Both the position numbers and the translations under genes were made by a program. The notes under the pieces were generated by a model. It was not told where the DNA came from. It did no database searches and was given only the letters and a program-made list of their open reading frames with translations. A DNA stretch of 64,000 bases from Camelus ferus (Eukaryota): positions 88,228,001 to 88,292,000 of the forward strand of contig NC_045696.1 of the NCBI RefSeq assembly GCF_009834535.1. The letters run 5' to 3'. Below, piece by piece: positions 26,930 to 40,200 of this stretch; positions within the stretch are counted from its first letter, which is position 1; every line of letters begins with the position of its first letter.

Positions 26930-27502
26930 AAGGCCTCGTGGTAAGAATTACACTCCAACCTCTGCACGATGAGAAAGCAAACTCTAGCATGAGGCTAGTC
27001 CCTGGGAGACCCCAGCCACCCCCCCACCCCCATGAAGATGTCTGCCTGAGAAAACAGATGAGGCTAGGAAAAATTACTATTTTCCTAGCCAACACCTGAG
27101 AATAGGCCCCAACCTCCCTTTCTTAGAGTGTTTTCTTAAAAGAGCTTTCCATCGAGATGCCTCCCTCTGTCCCTGTGAGATGCATGCGGGTCTCCTACAG
27201 CACAGGAGTGTCTTTCTCAAGATCCCAGAGCCATACCTTTGAAATGTCACCATCAGATAATAGGGCCTCTGTTCCCCACTGTCTGCAGGAGGATAGAATC
27301 CCAACGTCAGGCACTGACGGCTCCACTTCTTACCAATCTTCTGATACCCCACTCTTGCCCCTCCCTACTTTCCCTTTAAAATGCCCAGTTGCCTCTACAC
27401 AAATCAGAATGGAGCTCAGCTCTTTCCCCACCTCTCAGTAGCTACAGAATCAAGTCTGTTTTCACTGCTTTACCTCGCATCTGGCTCTGTTTATTTTCAA
27501 CA
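26930..27502 (+). mobile_element. ERV1 solo LTR (MER34/MER39-like); 5' boundary approximate
   Basis: Contains gtctttctcaagatcccagagccatacctttgaaatgt and ends gtctgttttcactgctttacc...ggctctgtttattttcaaca. Confidence 0.65.
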
Positions 27503-28357
27503 ATGGTGAAGTAGAGACTTGGGGACAACAGGCAGAACTTCCATCATCAGTCTCTTCTGTGTGCCTCCCTCCACTCCCTTGTAGACACCAATGAGTGTCC
27601 TACCAACCTCCCCGCAACCGCTGTCACTGCCTACCCTCCACTCCCACTTACCTGCCAGGTCTTTCCTCAATGGGTGATACATCTGAGGAGCATGGTCCTA
27701 GGGACAGAGTGGTTTGACCCGCCAGGTGGGGGTCTAGTTTCAGAAGTCACCCCCATTGCACCTAACTCCCTTCAGTGCTCAGAAACAGCAGCCACAGCAG
27801 GAGCCCTTCCTGGCCAATTAACTGAAATTCCTGCTCCTCCCAGGCATGGTGGAGAGGGAAGGGCCTTCCCAGATGGGAGGAAAGGAAAACACAGGTCTCA
27901 GTGTTTCCTCCTTCCTCATTTACCCTGCATCCCTAGGATCAGAGCTATAAGAACTGGAGAGGACCTCGGAACTCCTGCATGACAATCTCCCCGTGTAATA
28001 ATTGAGGAGACTAGGACCCAGGGGTTACCACTACTCCAACCACTGCTACTACTTTTACTCCTGCACGGAAACTCTGCACCAGGAATTGTTTCAAATGCTT
28101 CACAAATGGTGCCATTCTCCCCATTTTACAGAGAAAAACACTGAGGCTCAGGGAAATTAAGAGTCATGATAAGAAGTTATGCAGTCAACAAGGGGCAGAG
28201 CTGGCATTCAAACTCACCTTTAGAAAAAAACTTAAACAAATTTCCAAACATTTCATAAATATGAAACTTAAAATAAGCTGTCTTATCCCCACATTTCATA
28301 AAATATTAAGACCACCATCCCATTTTGTTAGATACATTTAAAAAAGATGTGTACAGT

Positions 28358-28538
28358 GGGGAGGGTATAGTTCATTTGTAGAGTACGGGTTTAGCATGCC
28401 CAAGGTCCTGGGTTCAGTCCCCGGTACCTCCATCAAATAAATAAATAAACAAACAAGCCTAATTCCATCCCTCTGAAAATCTTAAAAAATTAAAAACAAC
28501 ACAAATTTAAAACAATAAATTTGAAAAGAATTTTTTTT
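28358..28538 (+). mobile_element. Vic-1-type SINE with TSD AAAGATGTRTAC
   Basis: ggggagggtatagttca...ggtcctgggttcagtcccc. TSD copies at 28343-28354 and 28539-28550. Confidence 0.9.
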
Positions 28539-29513
28539 AAAGATGTATACTAAATGATTAGTCCTGAGGATGTGGGGAAAGAGGCTAAGACATATAGTTA
28601 GAAATTTTCACAAAATTTTCTGTAGATTTTCCTATTATCACATTTTCCTTAAATCTGGCAAAATTTCGGTAATGGTTGATTTAATATATGAACGTGGTAA
28701 GATAACATGCTACCCTGAGAGAAACTAACGCTTGTAAATCGTGTTTTATTTCTCTCAGTCTAATAAAGACTAATTCAGTAAAGAATTTTGCAAATATCAA
28801 AAGTTCCATAAGGGGGCAACATGGGGCCATCACATAGATGAGACATTATTTCCAAAAAACCTCTTTAAGCTAAAAAATTTCCAGAGTCACAGCTTACTCC
28901 AAAAATAATATTCCAAGAATTAATTTTAAGAATTATTGCCAGGAATTCCAAGTTCTGTGAAACCTTCCCAGTGGTAATCGGAGCTACATATCAGAAGAAT
29001 TAAGACGTATTAAGAACTGAAGTTACACCCTGGGCAAGTCCCTTGCTCATGTTTGTAAAATGGGGCTAATACCACCTGTACTGCTTACAGAGGGCACGTG
29101 CCCATTCCCAGGGAAGCACTGTGCCTGCACATGTAAGATGTGATTAAGAATGTGGACGGTTGTTTCACCTGTTTGTTTGCATCCAAGATCCTCAAGACAG
29201 CAATACGCCCAGAAGCATAAAGCAGGAGATAGCCTAGAACAAGAGTCCCCCAAACGCTGATATAAAGGAGATCAAGGCCTCAGGGAAAACCCTTCCTCAA
29301 ATGCAGGTTTCCCCTGGCAGGGATTAGGGGCCACATGGAGACATTGCTCAGAACCATTGGTGCCTGAGAGGGCAAGCACCATCAGGGATTGGGGTGGGGG
29401 AGCTTCCAGTGGGTCTCAATAGCCTATATCCATTCCTAGGGCCAATGACTGGATACATCACAGATTAAATTTATGCACCTAAAAATGCCTCTTGATGTAA
29501 TTAACTTTTTTTT

Positions 29514-30115
29514 AAATTCAAAGAGATACATGCACCCCAATGTTCATAGCAGCACTATTTACAATAGCCAAGACATAGAAACAACCTAAATGTCCATCAA
29601 CAGATGAATGGATAAAGAAGTTGTGGTATATTTCTACAATGGAATACTACTCAGCCATAAAAAAGAATAAAATAATACAATTTGCAGCAACATGGATGGA
29701 CCTGGAGATTGTCATTCTAAGTGAAGTACGCCAGAAAAAGAAAGAAAAATACCGTAAGATATCACTTATATGTGGAATCTAAAGAAAAAAATACAAACAA
29801 ACTTATTTACAAAACAGAAACAGACTTACAGACATAGAAAACAAACTTATGGTTGGGGGGTGGGGAAGGGGGTGGGAAGGGATAAATTGGGAGTTTGAAA
29901 TTTGCAGATACTAACTACTATATGTAAAATAGATGAACAACAAGTTTATACTGTATAGCACAAGAAACTATTCAATCTCTTGTAGTAACTTATGATGAAA
30001 AAGATTATGAAAACGAATATATGTATGTTACTTTATGACTGAAGTATTGTGCTCTACACCAGACATTGACACAGCATTTTAAACTGACTATCCTTCAATA
30101 AATATATATATAAAT
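29514..30115 (+). mobile_element. Young cetartiodactyl-type L1 3' fragment
   Basis: gatacatgcaccccaatgttcatagcagcac ... gggtgggaagggataaattgggagtttga ... ctgactatccttcaataaa. Confidence 0.93.
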
Positions 30116-30139
30116 TTTTTTAATTTTAAAAAATTATAA

Positions 30140-30266
30140 AAATCTTTTTGGGGGGTAATTAGGTTTTCTTTATTTACTATTATTTTTTAATGGAGGTACT
30201 GGGGATTGAACTCAGGATCTCATGCACACTAAGCACGCATTCTACCACTGAGCTCTACCCTCCCCC
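30140..30266 (-). mobile_element. Vic-1-type SINE
   Basis: gggggtaattaggtt...ggaggtactggggattgaac...ctaccactgagctctaccctcccc. Confidence 0.92.
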
Positions 30267-31434
30267 TGTAATCAACTTTTTTGAAGATGACCTTATAGAC
30301 TTTCATGAAATTGAGGTGTCAGATAGGTTGCCTAATGATTTATTGGTCTGCTCTTCACCTCAAAGGTAGAAACTTGAGGTAGTGTTGAATCACGGTACTC
30401 TCTGACAATCTTGGTCGATGTTAATGATTCAACCATGAATACCTTGCTTGGCACATCGTACTTAAGAACAGCTACTTTGTATACTGCCTTACAGTTTGTG
30501 ATTTTATGTAAGTATACTGCTTTACAGTTTAGTTTACATTTATCTCCAAAACTAATTCTGAAAACTTTTTGGAATTCCATCATTCAAGGTTCTTTGCTTA
30601 TGTGTTTTTCCACCAGTCTCAAAATAATGAGTCAAACAACTTGGGAATTCCCATCAAATCTACTGGTGACCTGGTGGGAGTCATCAGCTGAGGTCACTAA
30701 AGAACTGATGGAGTGAGACCAGGTTATTTAGCCTAAACCATTACCTGAATTGTCAAAGGGGGGCCCCTAGAAGATAAAAACCTGTTTAACATTTCCCATA
30801 GATGTTATATTTTCTTGAGAAAGCACCCCATGCTAGAAAATACATCAGGTGGCAAGGAAAAAATGTATAACCCTTAGTCAGAGTCATAATAGGCCCAACC
30901 CTTGAGAAAAAAAAACAGAGAGAGCATGGGTTCATCCATCTCCTGAGTCAATGTTTGCACATTCAAAACTTGCAGGTATCAAATGTACATATTTGCTTTG
31001 AGAAGAATTTTTGGAGCTGGAAAATATTCTATTCCTGGTGATAACCTTTGACATCTCCTGACCTTTGATCTACTGTACAACTTTAAGGGTCCTTACTCTT
31101 GTGCTGAAAAATCCATGGCCAGAAACAAAAGAATTCTCTGCCTGTAGGTCCCACCTTCCTCTGCCGAGCTTCACTTTGGATTTGATTCTGAGGGCTGACC
31201 CTCTGGCCAAGCGCAAAAAAGAGTTCTCAAGAAGCAATGAGGCAAAGAGAAAGTGTTCTCTTTGTATTTAAGGAAGTTCTCTGACTGTGGTGTTATGATA
31301 GAAAAGAGCTACGCTTTCACCACGAGATATAAAGGCAAAGAGTAGAATGAATATGAATGCTATTTTGGGAAGAGTTAAGAGAATAGTTGAAATCAGAGCT
31401 GTCCTAAACCCAGGTTTTATCTCTGCAGTTAACA

Positions 31435-31732
31435 GACCACAGACATAATAAACATACTTATGGTTACTAGGGTATAAGGGAAAGGGGTGGGAAGGGATAA
31501 ATTGGAAGTTCGAGATTTGCAAATATTAACTACTATATATAAAATAGATTTAAAAAAATGTCATCTGTATCACACAGGGAACTAGAGTCAATATCTTGTA
31601 GTAACCTATAATGAAAAAGAATATGAAAACGAATATATGTATCTTTAAGTATGATTGAAACATTATGCTGTACACCAGAAACTGACGTATTGTAACTGAC
31701 TAGATTTCAATTGAAAAAAGAAAAAGAAAAAA
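31435..31732 (+). mobile_element. L1 3'UTR fragment (cetartiodactyl-type)
   Basis: gggtgggaagggataaattggaagttcgagatttgc ... tgctgtacaccagaaactgac ... followed by an A-rich tail. Confidence 0.9.
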
Positions 31733-34700
31733 TCAGGCCCTTTCACGAGGCTCTTTGGTGTGTCTTAGCACCACCCACAGCCTTCTACCTACACACACAC
31801 ACACACACACGAAAACAATGGCCAGATTTCCTCAAACACTGGGGTATCTTAATGTGTACCAAAATTTTCAGACCAGTTTTTGCTTTGAGATGAGGCCCTC
31901 GCTTCCTACAATCTTTGTGTGGAAAGTTGGCCGTCAGCTTGGTTCCTGCATCCCAGCTTTCAGCCTGGGGGCCTGCGTGCTAGTTTTCACTGGGGTCTCC
32001 ACCCACCTGGGTCCTCTGTATGACATTAGTTGGAACCCTTCGCAGAATGTTTCTTTCTCATCACCTGCCATTCTGCAAGCCTGATATTTCACCACACCAG
32101 AGAATGCCAGGATGGCCCACAGTGAGCAAATGCTTCTAGGAAGTTTTAACAGATAAACCACATCTTCTGCACCAGCTATCCCAATCTTGCCCAAAACTTT
32201 CAGTCTTTTGCTCCCCTTTTCCCATCTCCTCACCCCGGCCCCAGCATCAGGGACAGCCCTCTGCATCCAAGTCCCATCTGCTGTACTATTCCTGTCATAG
32301 GACCCATGGAGAAGCTGAAATTAGCACCTCTGGTGGGCTTCTCCACAGGGGTATTTGCTAAGTTGGGGAATAAATTCAAAGGTGTATAAGACACATCCCC
32401 CATCCTCGAGCTGATAACCATCAAGTGTCAAAGGTAACCTCCCACTTGAACAAAATGTTCTCATATCTCATCCTCAGGCATGAGGAAATGTTGTAAAACA
32501 ACTAGATTGTCAAGAATGTAGGTTTTATGTCAGTGCCCTTGTAGATAAGCCCCAAAAGGTAGGTCAGGTGAGAGCAGGAAGGTTTTCAATGCCCATGAAA
32601 GAAGTTCAGCTGGACTTGATGGGGCACAGGCCGTCAATAAAAGCTTTCAGGCCATGGGTAGCATGAATGATGTGTGAGTTAGTAATACTACCCTACAGAC
32701 AGCCTACCGGAATATTTGGAGGGAGATGTGTCTGAAAGCAGAGAGACCTAGCTGGAAGGCTAGTATCATTCTCCAGCAGGGAAGGCACTGAGGCCTGAGC
32801 CAGAGAAAAGCAGGAAAAACTAATAGGAAGGCTTTGCAAAGGAAGAAGCCACAGGACAGGACACAGAATAGATAAATGCAGTAAAGGTGAAATCTGAGCC
32901 CCTGGTTCCAGGGAGAGGAGTGGGACCCTGAGCAGAAATCCTCTTTGAATTAATGTAAATCTGTCTCTAAGTCACTGAGAACCTCTGGTTCTCCCAAACA
33001 GAAATCACAGTGGCCTCAGATGTGAATCCTCCTTTCCCCAGTTGTTCATTTGACAAGCATTTATTTAGTGTTTCCTATATGCTGGGCATTAAGTAGTCAA
33101 AAATAATTAAATGAGGACCAGACTCCCTAGGAGTTCAGTAACCAGTTCCATGACCTACAGGTAATTATTTTGGTTTCCTCAATCTCTAAAACATAGAACT
33201 GCCACTCAATTTTCATTCATGATTTCTCCTATAAGCAATTATTATGCCACTATTATTATTTAAATGCATGTTCTCTTTGAGCGACCACTAGCCATTGCGA
33301 GGGCATAATAAGATGTGAATAATTTATTATGTTCCCCTTTTTAGCTGCATTGTCAAGGAGAACACACAGCTTAAGGGCCATCATTTCAAATGGGATTTCA
33401 GACATGATAGGGAATCAGAGGCAATGGTCCTTCACCGCTTTTAAAAGAAATGTCCTTCTCCACTATTTCTCAGATGGAATTTTATGCACCATTAGGAGGC
33501 TGGCCCGTAGTATTCAGAGTCTCAGGTAGCAGGGCACATTATTCTGGAGCATATGTTTTACTTGAAGATTTGGGGTAACTTGTTGATATGAAATAGTTTA
33601 TACTAAAACACTTAAATTTTGTGCAAGATTTTCATTTTAAACAGGGACTAAACATAAATTTACTGCTGGGCTGTTCTGGAGTATGTGAAAGAGATGGGGG
33701 GAGAAGGGAGAGGAAGGTAAAGATATTGAATCTTGAATGTTCTCCTGGGAAAACTTCGGAACCCTGATGGACACATCCAGGCCAGCCTAATGGCTCATAT
33801 GCCTTAGGATGAAGACAACAACCCGTGAGACCCAAAACTCAGACTTGCTGGGCATCAGTACATTTTTTAAATTCCCTTCCTTTTTCCCTATATTTACTTT
33901 CAGTGGAGTTTATATGTGCTTTATAATTCTGAGCCGATGCTACCAGTTATAGACTCAATAACTCTTTGAAATCAAGGGCAAGCTATGAACAGAATGCTGC
34001 GTCAGTGCTGACGATGGGAAATATGCAGTGAGAACAGTTGTGAAGACGGACATCATCATCTGCAAAGCATAGCCAGCCCCTGTCACCGTCCACAAACCAG
34101 TGGCATGTCCCAATTAAAACATCAGCAGCTCACATTCAAGGTTTGTCCCTAATGTCTGCTTTTGGTTTCCCTCACCATGAAAGATCTTTAAGGAACCCAG
34201 TCGCCCAAATTCTTTGTCTCTCTAAAATGTCTATGTAAAACTTAACACAAAAGAAGCCATCTCCATAGTGACCATAGAAAAATCTAAGATGTAAGAGTGG
34301 CTTTGTATCTCCTCAACTGAAATGAGAAAATCTGGTTCAAACTGTATGACTTTTTGATGCCAAAAATGATGGATTCAAAAACATAAAAGTATTCAAATCT
34401 GTCCTCTGTGGAGTTTAAGTAAAGTGGGCATATGATTTTCCCAGAGTTGGGCAGCTCTTACAACTGATCTCTGGGACATTCTGTGGCTGGCCCAGCTTGG
34501 GTGCAACAGCAATGTGTCTTCAGCAGGCAACAGATGAAGAGTCACCCAGCTTAGAAAGACCCTCTTCATGAGGTCCAGGGCCAAGAAGGCCTCCATCCCC
34601 TGGGCAGAAGCAGCGGAGGAGAGACGGAAGAGAGCAACAGCCAGCAGGGCCCACACGGGGGAAGAGCAGAGCACTGACAGAAGGAGGGTCTCAGCCGATT

Positions 34701-35089
34701 GGTCTCCCCAGACCACTGTGCTCCCTCTCACCCCTCCACTCAGAGGCATCATTTGGAGAGGTGTTTCAACTGCCTGGAAATCCTGAGTTAGAGAAGCAAG
34801 GTATGGGGAAGGGCGACCTGCTCCCTCGGCTCCCAGGGGACTTTGACCTTCTGAGTCTCATTCAGGAGCCCCAGCCCCAACCCCTGACTCCACCCTGCTC
34901 TTCCCCAGCGGATCCTGGCAATTACTCAGGTACTTCTAGGGTGAGATGACTCCCGGGAACATGAGGCTCCTTCAGCTCCAGGAAAGGGACGATGGGTGGG
35001 AATGGCCAGCTGACTTAGTTTATAACTTTAAACTAGTTTTGTCTAGACCTTTAAAATATTGAGATATATGGTATATGACCTACTTTCAA

Positions 35090-35640
35090 ACTGCTGAATC
35101 TGATCAAGCAGTCATCAATTTCCAAGAAACATCAAGTCAGAAAAACATGTTAAACCAAAGCCCCGTGATACAATCAGCAAAAATCCAGAATGTGGAAACT
35201 GGACAGGACAAATAACAAACAAATTGCCAGGGGAGGGAAAAAGGAGGCTGTAGAAACAGAAACTTCAGAAACCATTCAACCAGCTAGACTGTAAAGCCCC
35301 TGCTTGGAATGGAGCAAGCTGAATATAACATCACTCATGACACAGTTGGGGTGTCTGGAAGACTGACTGGCTATTCAGCAAATCTAAGGAATTATTGTTA
35401 ATTTTTTACATATAGTAATACCGTTGAAGTCACATTTTAAAAATAATCTTTATCTTTTAGAAGTAGACTAATGGATGACATGATATGATGTCTGGGATTT
35501 GCTTCAAAATAATCTAGTGTCAAGCGAGAGAAAACCAGATTGGATAGAGATAAAACAAGATTGGCCAGGAGCCAATCTATTGAAGGTAGAACACAGGATA
35601 CAAGAGTTCATGAGACCATCCTCTCTAGTTTTACCCAGGT
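35090..35640 (+). mobile_element. L1MC-like 3' fragment
   Basis: caatcagcaaaaatccagaatgtggaaac; gatatgatgtctgggatttgcttcaaaataatc. Confidence 0.7.
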
Positions 35641-36409
35641 TTTCCTCCTTCCTTCCTTTTAGCCATATTTATGCACTAGACCAGAAGAAAAATAGAGGAG
35701 TATTTTGAGCCAAATGTTTTTCCCATGTGAAACAGGGATATTACTTATATCAAAACATTTACTATATCAAGGCAATGTATGAGGGAAAGCAAGTCTGAAT
35801 GTCGAATGAGCTTTAATTTAAATCTCACTTTACCTGCTGGGTGACCTTGAGCAAATCATTAAACCTTCCAGAACCTCACTAGCAGTTCTCTCACTTGTCA
35901 AGCCACAATAAAACCACTTTGTTTGCTGTGTTGTAAAGATCAGCAAGAATGTTTGAAAAGTGCCAGGAATAGGAGAGGTTCTCAGTACACAGAAGTTACA
36001 ACAGTTGATTATAGATACCATTATGCCTCTTGCTTCCACGAATACTTAAATTCTTTAAGCAAAATCAGAAGACACATTTCTTGATTTGAAAACTTTCACA
36101 TTTTACCATTTTAGTAAAGTTCTTGCTGCACTTAATTTTAGGGCAAATTTCTTCCTTTAATCTGAGATAACAGCTGTAGAAAATAGCAAGCAGTTTAAAG
36201 TTCCATATTAAAAGCGGGTCTGATAATGAAATCACCTTTGACTATTAAATTTTACTTTATGCTCACATCAGCTTCTGACTGAATATTTTTTGTGTATATA
36301 TTTATTCAAAAGAATAAACTTGTATCAGTTGGCATAAGCAAACCCCATCAGCTCTTGAGAGTTTAATAATATGAACGTAAAGGAGGAATGTTATCATCAG
36401 CATCATATA

Positions 36410-37200
36410 TTCTGCCTTTGCTCCTGGAATATGGGAGAAGCTCCACTCCTCTATTGGAGCCCTGGTCCCCTCCGCTCTTTGCCTCCTCAAGGACATCACT
36501 CCAGTGATTCTCTCCTGCATCTTCAGTTTCTCCCCTACTACTAGATCATTCCCTTGAGCATAAAATATACCTTAATATCACCTATTTTAAAAAAAAAATC
36601 TCTCCCTTGACCTTATATCCTCATCCAGCTTCACCCCATCCCTTATCTCCTCTTTACAGCAAAATGCTAAAGGATTGACTAATCCTTGCTTTCCATTCTC
36701 TCTCCCACTACTCTAATCATCTTTCATCCCCATGGTGTCCATGAAACAACGCTCATCAAGGACCTTCAACCACACCAAACCCAGTGGTCAGTTCTTTGTC
36801 CTCATCCAACTGCATGTGGACATAGCTGTCCACATTCATCTTCCCAAAGCACTTTCTTCTCTTAGCATCCATGGTTCCTCACTCCTCGTTCGTCTGTTCC
36901 AACTCACTTTGTCTTCTTCTATGCCCAGCTGCTAATTATGGAAGCCCAGGGCTGAGTCTTCAGTTCTCTTCTCTTCCACCCCAAACCCCAGCCCATCAAA
37001 GATCTCATCCAGGCCCGTGATTTTCAGTGCCATCTATTCACTGAAGATAATGATATTTTTGTCTCCAGCTCTGACTTCTCCCTTATGCTCTGGCCCCATA
37101 AATATTATTATTTAACCAACATCCACATTTGGGTGTCTAATTGGCATCTCAAAGCTAATCTTTCCAAATGGGATTCCAAATTTTCCCTGAATATCTCCAC
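36410..37200 (+). mobile_element. L2 LINE fragment
   Basis: ctcctcaaggacatcactccag...; ccaaacccagtggtcagttctttgtcctcatc; gggtgtctaattggcatctcaaa. Confidence 0.8.
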
Positions 37201-39799
37201 CTCTTGATTATGTTCATGGTGGGGAAAAGATCTAAGGATGCAAGTAGTTTTGCAAAATTCCCTTTAAAGATGTTTGGGTTCTGTAAATCATTCAACAAAC
37301 ATTGTATTAAAGACATGGAACTGAGTGCTTGAGGTACCAAGGTACCAAGAGGGATGAGATGGGACTTTCACCATCAAGAAATTCAATACAGGGTAAAGTT
37401 CAATAAAGTATAAAGCCATAGTCAAATGCTCTGTCTTTGACATCTGCTACTTATAATTGCCTAAACTTGACAACTTCTTGCCTTGGTTTCCTCATCTCTG
37501 ACATAATAATAATGTAATAATAATAATTACACTATTACTACATTATTACTATTATAATACTTTTCTTATATGATCATTATGAGAGTCAAATAAAACAATA
37601 TATATAAAAGTAATTATTTCAGTGCCTGGCACATAAAAAAGCACTCAATAAATGTTACCTTTTAAAGAAGTGGCTAAAATTGGATGTCCAGTCATCATCT
37701 GAAATTCAGTGTCTTTTTCTTTATGCCTAGAAGGGAGACAGATATATAAATAAATCTGGAAATTATGCAAAACACTTGAAAGTAACACATTAAATAATGT
37801 AAACTCTGAAAGAAAATGTTTTCCAGCAAAAAGCCCAAACCAAACAATTGTCACATAAACCTCCACTGCATGGGATGTCTTTTTCGCTACCCTACTCTTA
37901 GCCCTTGTAACTTATTTCAACTTTGTCTAATGGTCATCTCTTTCCTCTCAAATGTTCTTCACGTAAAGAGCCACCCCACATTTGAGGCATATTCATTCCT
38001 TCTTCCTCCTACACATAAGGGATCTGTTCCATTATAAAGCTGAGTCAGCAGAATGACTGTGTTTAAATGTCAATTATGGAAAGCCATAAAGGAAGCCTAG
38101 CATTCAGTTTCCTGCATAAAAACTTCGCAAGTGCTCTGACTTCTAGACTACTTGGATTGTTTTCCCCCCTCTAAGCACATGCAGAGCCTGCAGAAGTGTG
38201 TCCTATCCTTGGGAACCTGGGAAACATTAGGGTAAATGCTAGGAAGCAAGGCTGGTGTGCAGAGCAGTGAGTGCTCGGTGAGACACTTGCAATCAGCTTT
38301 TTTCAATCTCGGTTGAAGACAAGTTCAATAATGTCATGAACCGTTTGACATTTCCTTCCAAAACTCTTAGTAACCAAGGGAATCATCTAACCCTAGGTTC
38401 TTGTAAGAGTCCTCCCAATTTTTGCTTTGACCGCAGTTCAATGTGTCCTACTATTAAGTCATCACGTATCAAATCTTCTCAGAGATTGTGAGGTTTTCTT
38501 AGACAGCACACTTGACCTCAAACTACATAGTATTCAGTATGTAAATACTATCTTTTAACCAAAACCTTTATATCCCTGTAAATTATTAGAAAACTGAACT
38601 CATCCAATTTCACATCCATCCTGAGGTGTGTGTCAGAGTGCTATTTAAGGGTCACAGATGGAAAGACTGAGGCCCAGAGACATTACTAAATCCCTAACAG
38701 GGCAGGAATGGGTGATGGGAGCCTGGTAGTAAAATGCTTTCTCCTTTTGTTTTTCCTACAGGCCTTCTTTACTGGGACAGCCCAATCAGCATCCTGAACA
38801 AGGAGTATCCTCCTGAAGAGGCTGCATCCTTCTTGAGAAGAGATGAGAAAAGAGTGTCTTCACAGGACACATTTAGCTGTATTCACTTCCCCAGCTCTCA
38901 AGGCAAACAAGTCCCTCGGGGCCCCTCCCTTGCTTTATTTTTGTGAGGACTCCATTGACAAATGAACTCTCTTGTCTCTATTCACACTCTAAAAATTATG
39001 AATTAGTGTCTTCAGAGACAAAGGGGAGGGCTAGTTTTCCACACAGTGGAAATCCCACAGCAGGTCAACAGCACATTGTCATGCTCCCTGAAGCCCACTC
39101 TTAACACAGCACAGAACGAGCAGGTCGGCGTCAGGAACTTCCTCACTGGAATCCAGGAGGGAAGAATTAAACTACCACTTTCCAGAGGGAGAAACAGACT
39201 CAAATGGAGAAATCTTCCAGAGGGAGTTGCCTGAGCTCCCACAGCTCATGTGTGGCTGAGATGGGATGTAACAGAAGCCTGTCCTCCGTGTCCATCCTGT
39301 TTCCCTTTGCACTCTGGAAGACAAAGCTTCTCTCCTACAGCATCTTCGGAATATCTGAACAGATCTAAAGATATATGATCTAACCCAGTGTCACCCAGAT
39401 CCCCGCTCTGGTTCACCCTTGGGCCAGCTTCAGAAATCCATTCACTCCACCTGAGAAACCAAGGCTTTACCAAAAGCTACCTCAGAGTAGGGCTGAATTC
39501 CTGAATTTTGCTGTTTTGGGTCTTTCTCAATCAAAGAGAAGGCAGAGTTCAATAGAACCCTGGAGTCAGAGAGGGCAGAACTCCTGGTAAAGGCCAGAAA
39601 CAAAGTGGCCTCGTACGAATGGAAGGAAAACAGAGGCTCTGAAACTAGCAGACCAGATTCTCCTCTCGAATTCATCATTTGCCAGCAGTGGGACCTTCCA
39701 TTGTCTCATTTCTCTGAGCTCCAGCTTTCAAGTCTGGAAAATGGAGATAATAGAACCTTCTGCTTCTTTTATATCATTACATTGATGATGAAAAGAACT

Positions 39800-40200
39800 A
39801 ATGGAAGCAGCCTAGGTGTTCCTCAACAGGAAAGGGGACAAACAGACTGAGACGCATTCATACAATAGAATGGTATTTAGCAACCAAAAAGAACAAACTA
39901 TATGTGCAACAACTGAGACAACTCTCAAAAACATTATACTAAGGGGAAAAAAGACAGACATAAAAGACTGCATCATTCAATTTATATGAAGTTTTCTAGC
40001 AAGAAAAGCTAACCAACAGTGATAGGAAATAGGATAGTGGTTACATGAGGAGCTGACTGAGAAGGGGCATGGGGAAACTTTCTAGGGTGATGGAAATGCT
40101 CTATACCTTGACAGAAGTCTACACATTTGTCAAGAATGATTGAATGCACACTTAAGAGCTATACCTTTCACCATATGTAAACTATACCTCAATAGAAAGG
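39800..40200 (+). mobile_element. L1ME-like 3' fragment
   Basis: ctcaaaaacattatactaag; ggggaaactttctagggtgatggaaatgctctatacc; tatacctcaata. Confidence 0.75.

Noticed and set aside
30479..30530. Repeat-spacer-repeat pattern
   Set aside because: Two units only, in mammalian DNA; not a CRISPR array.
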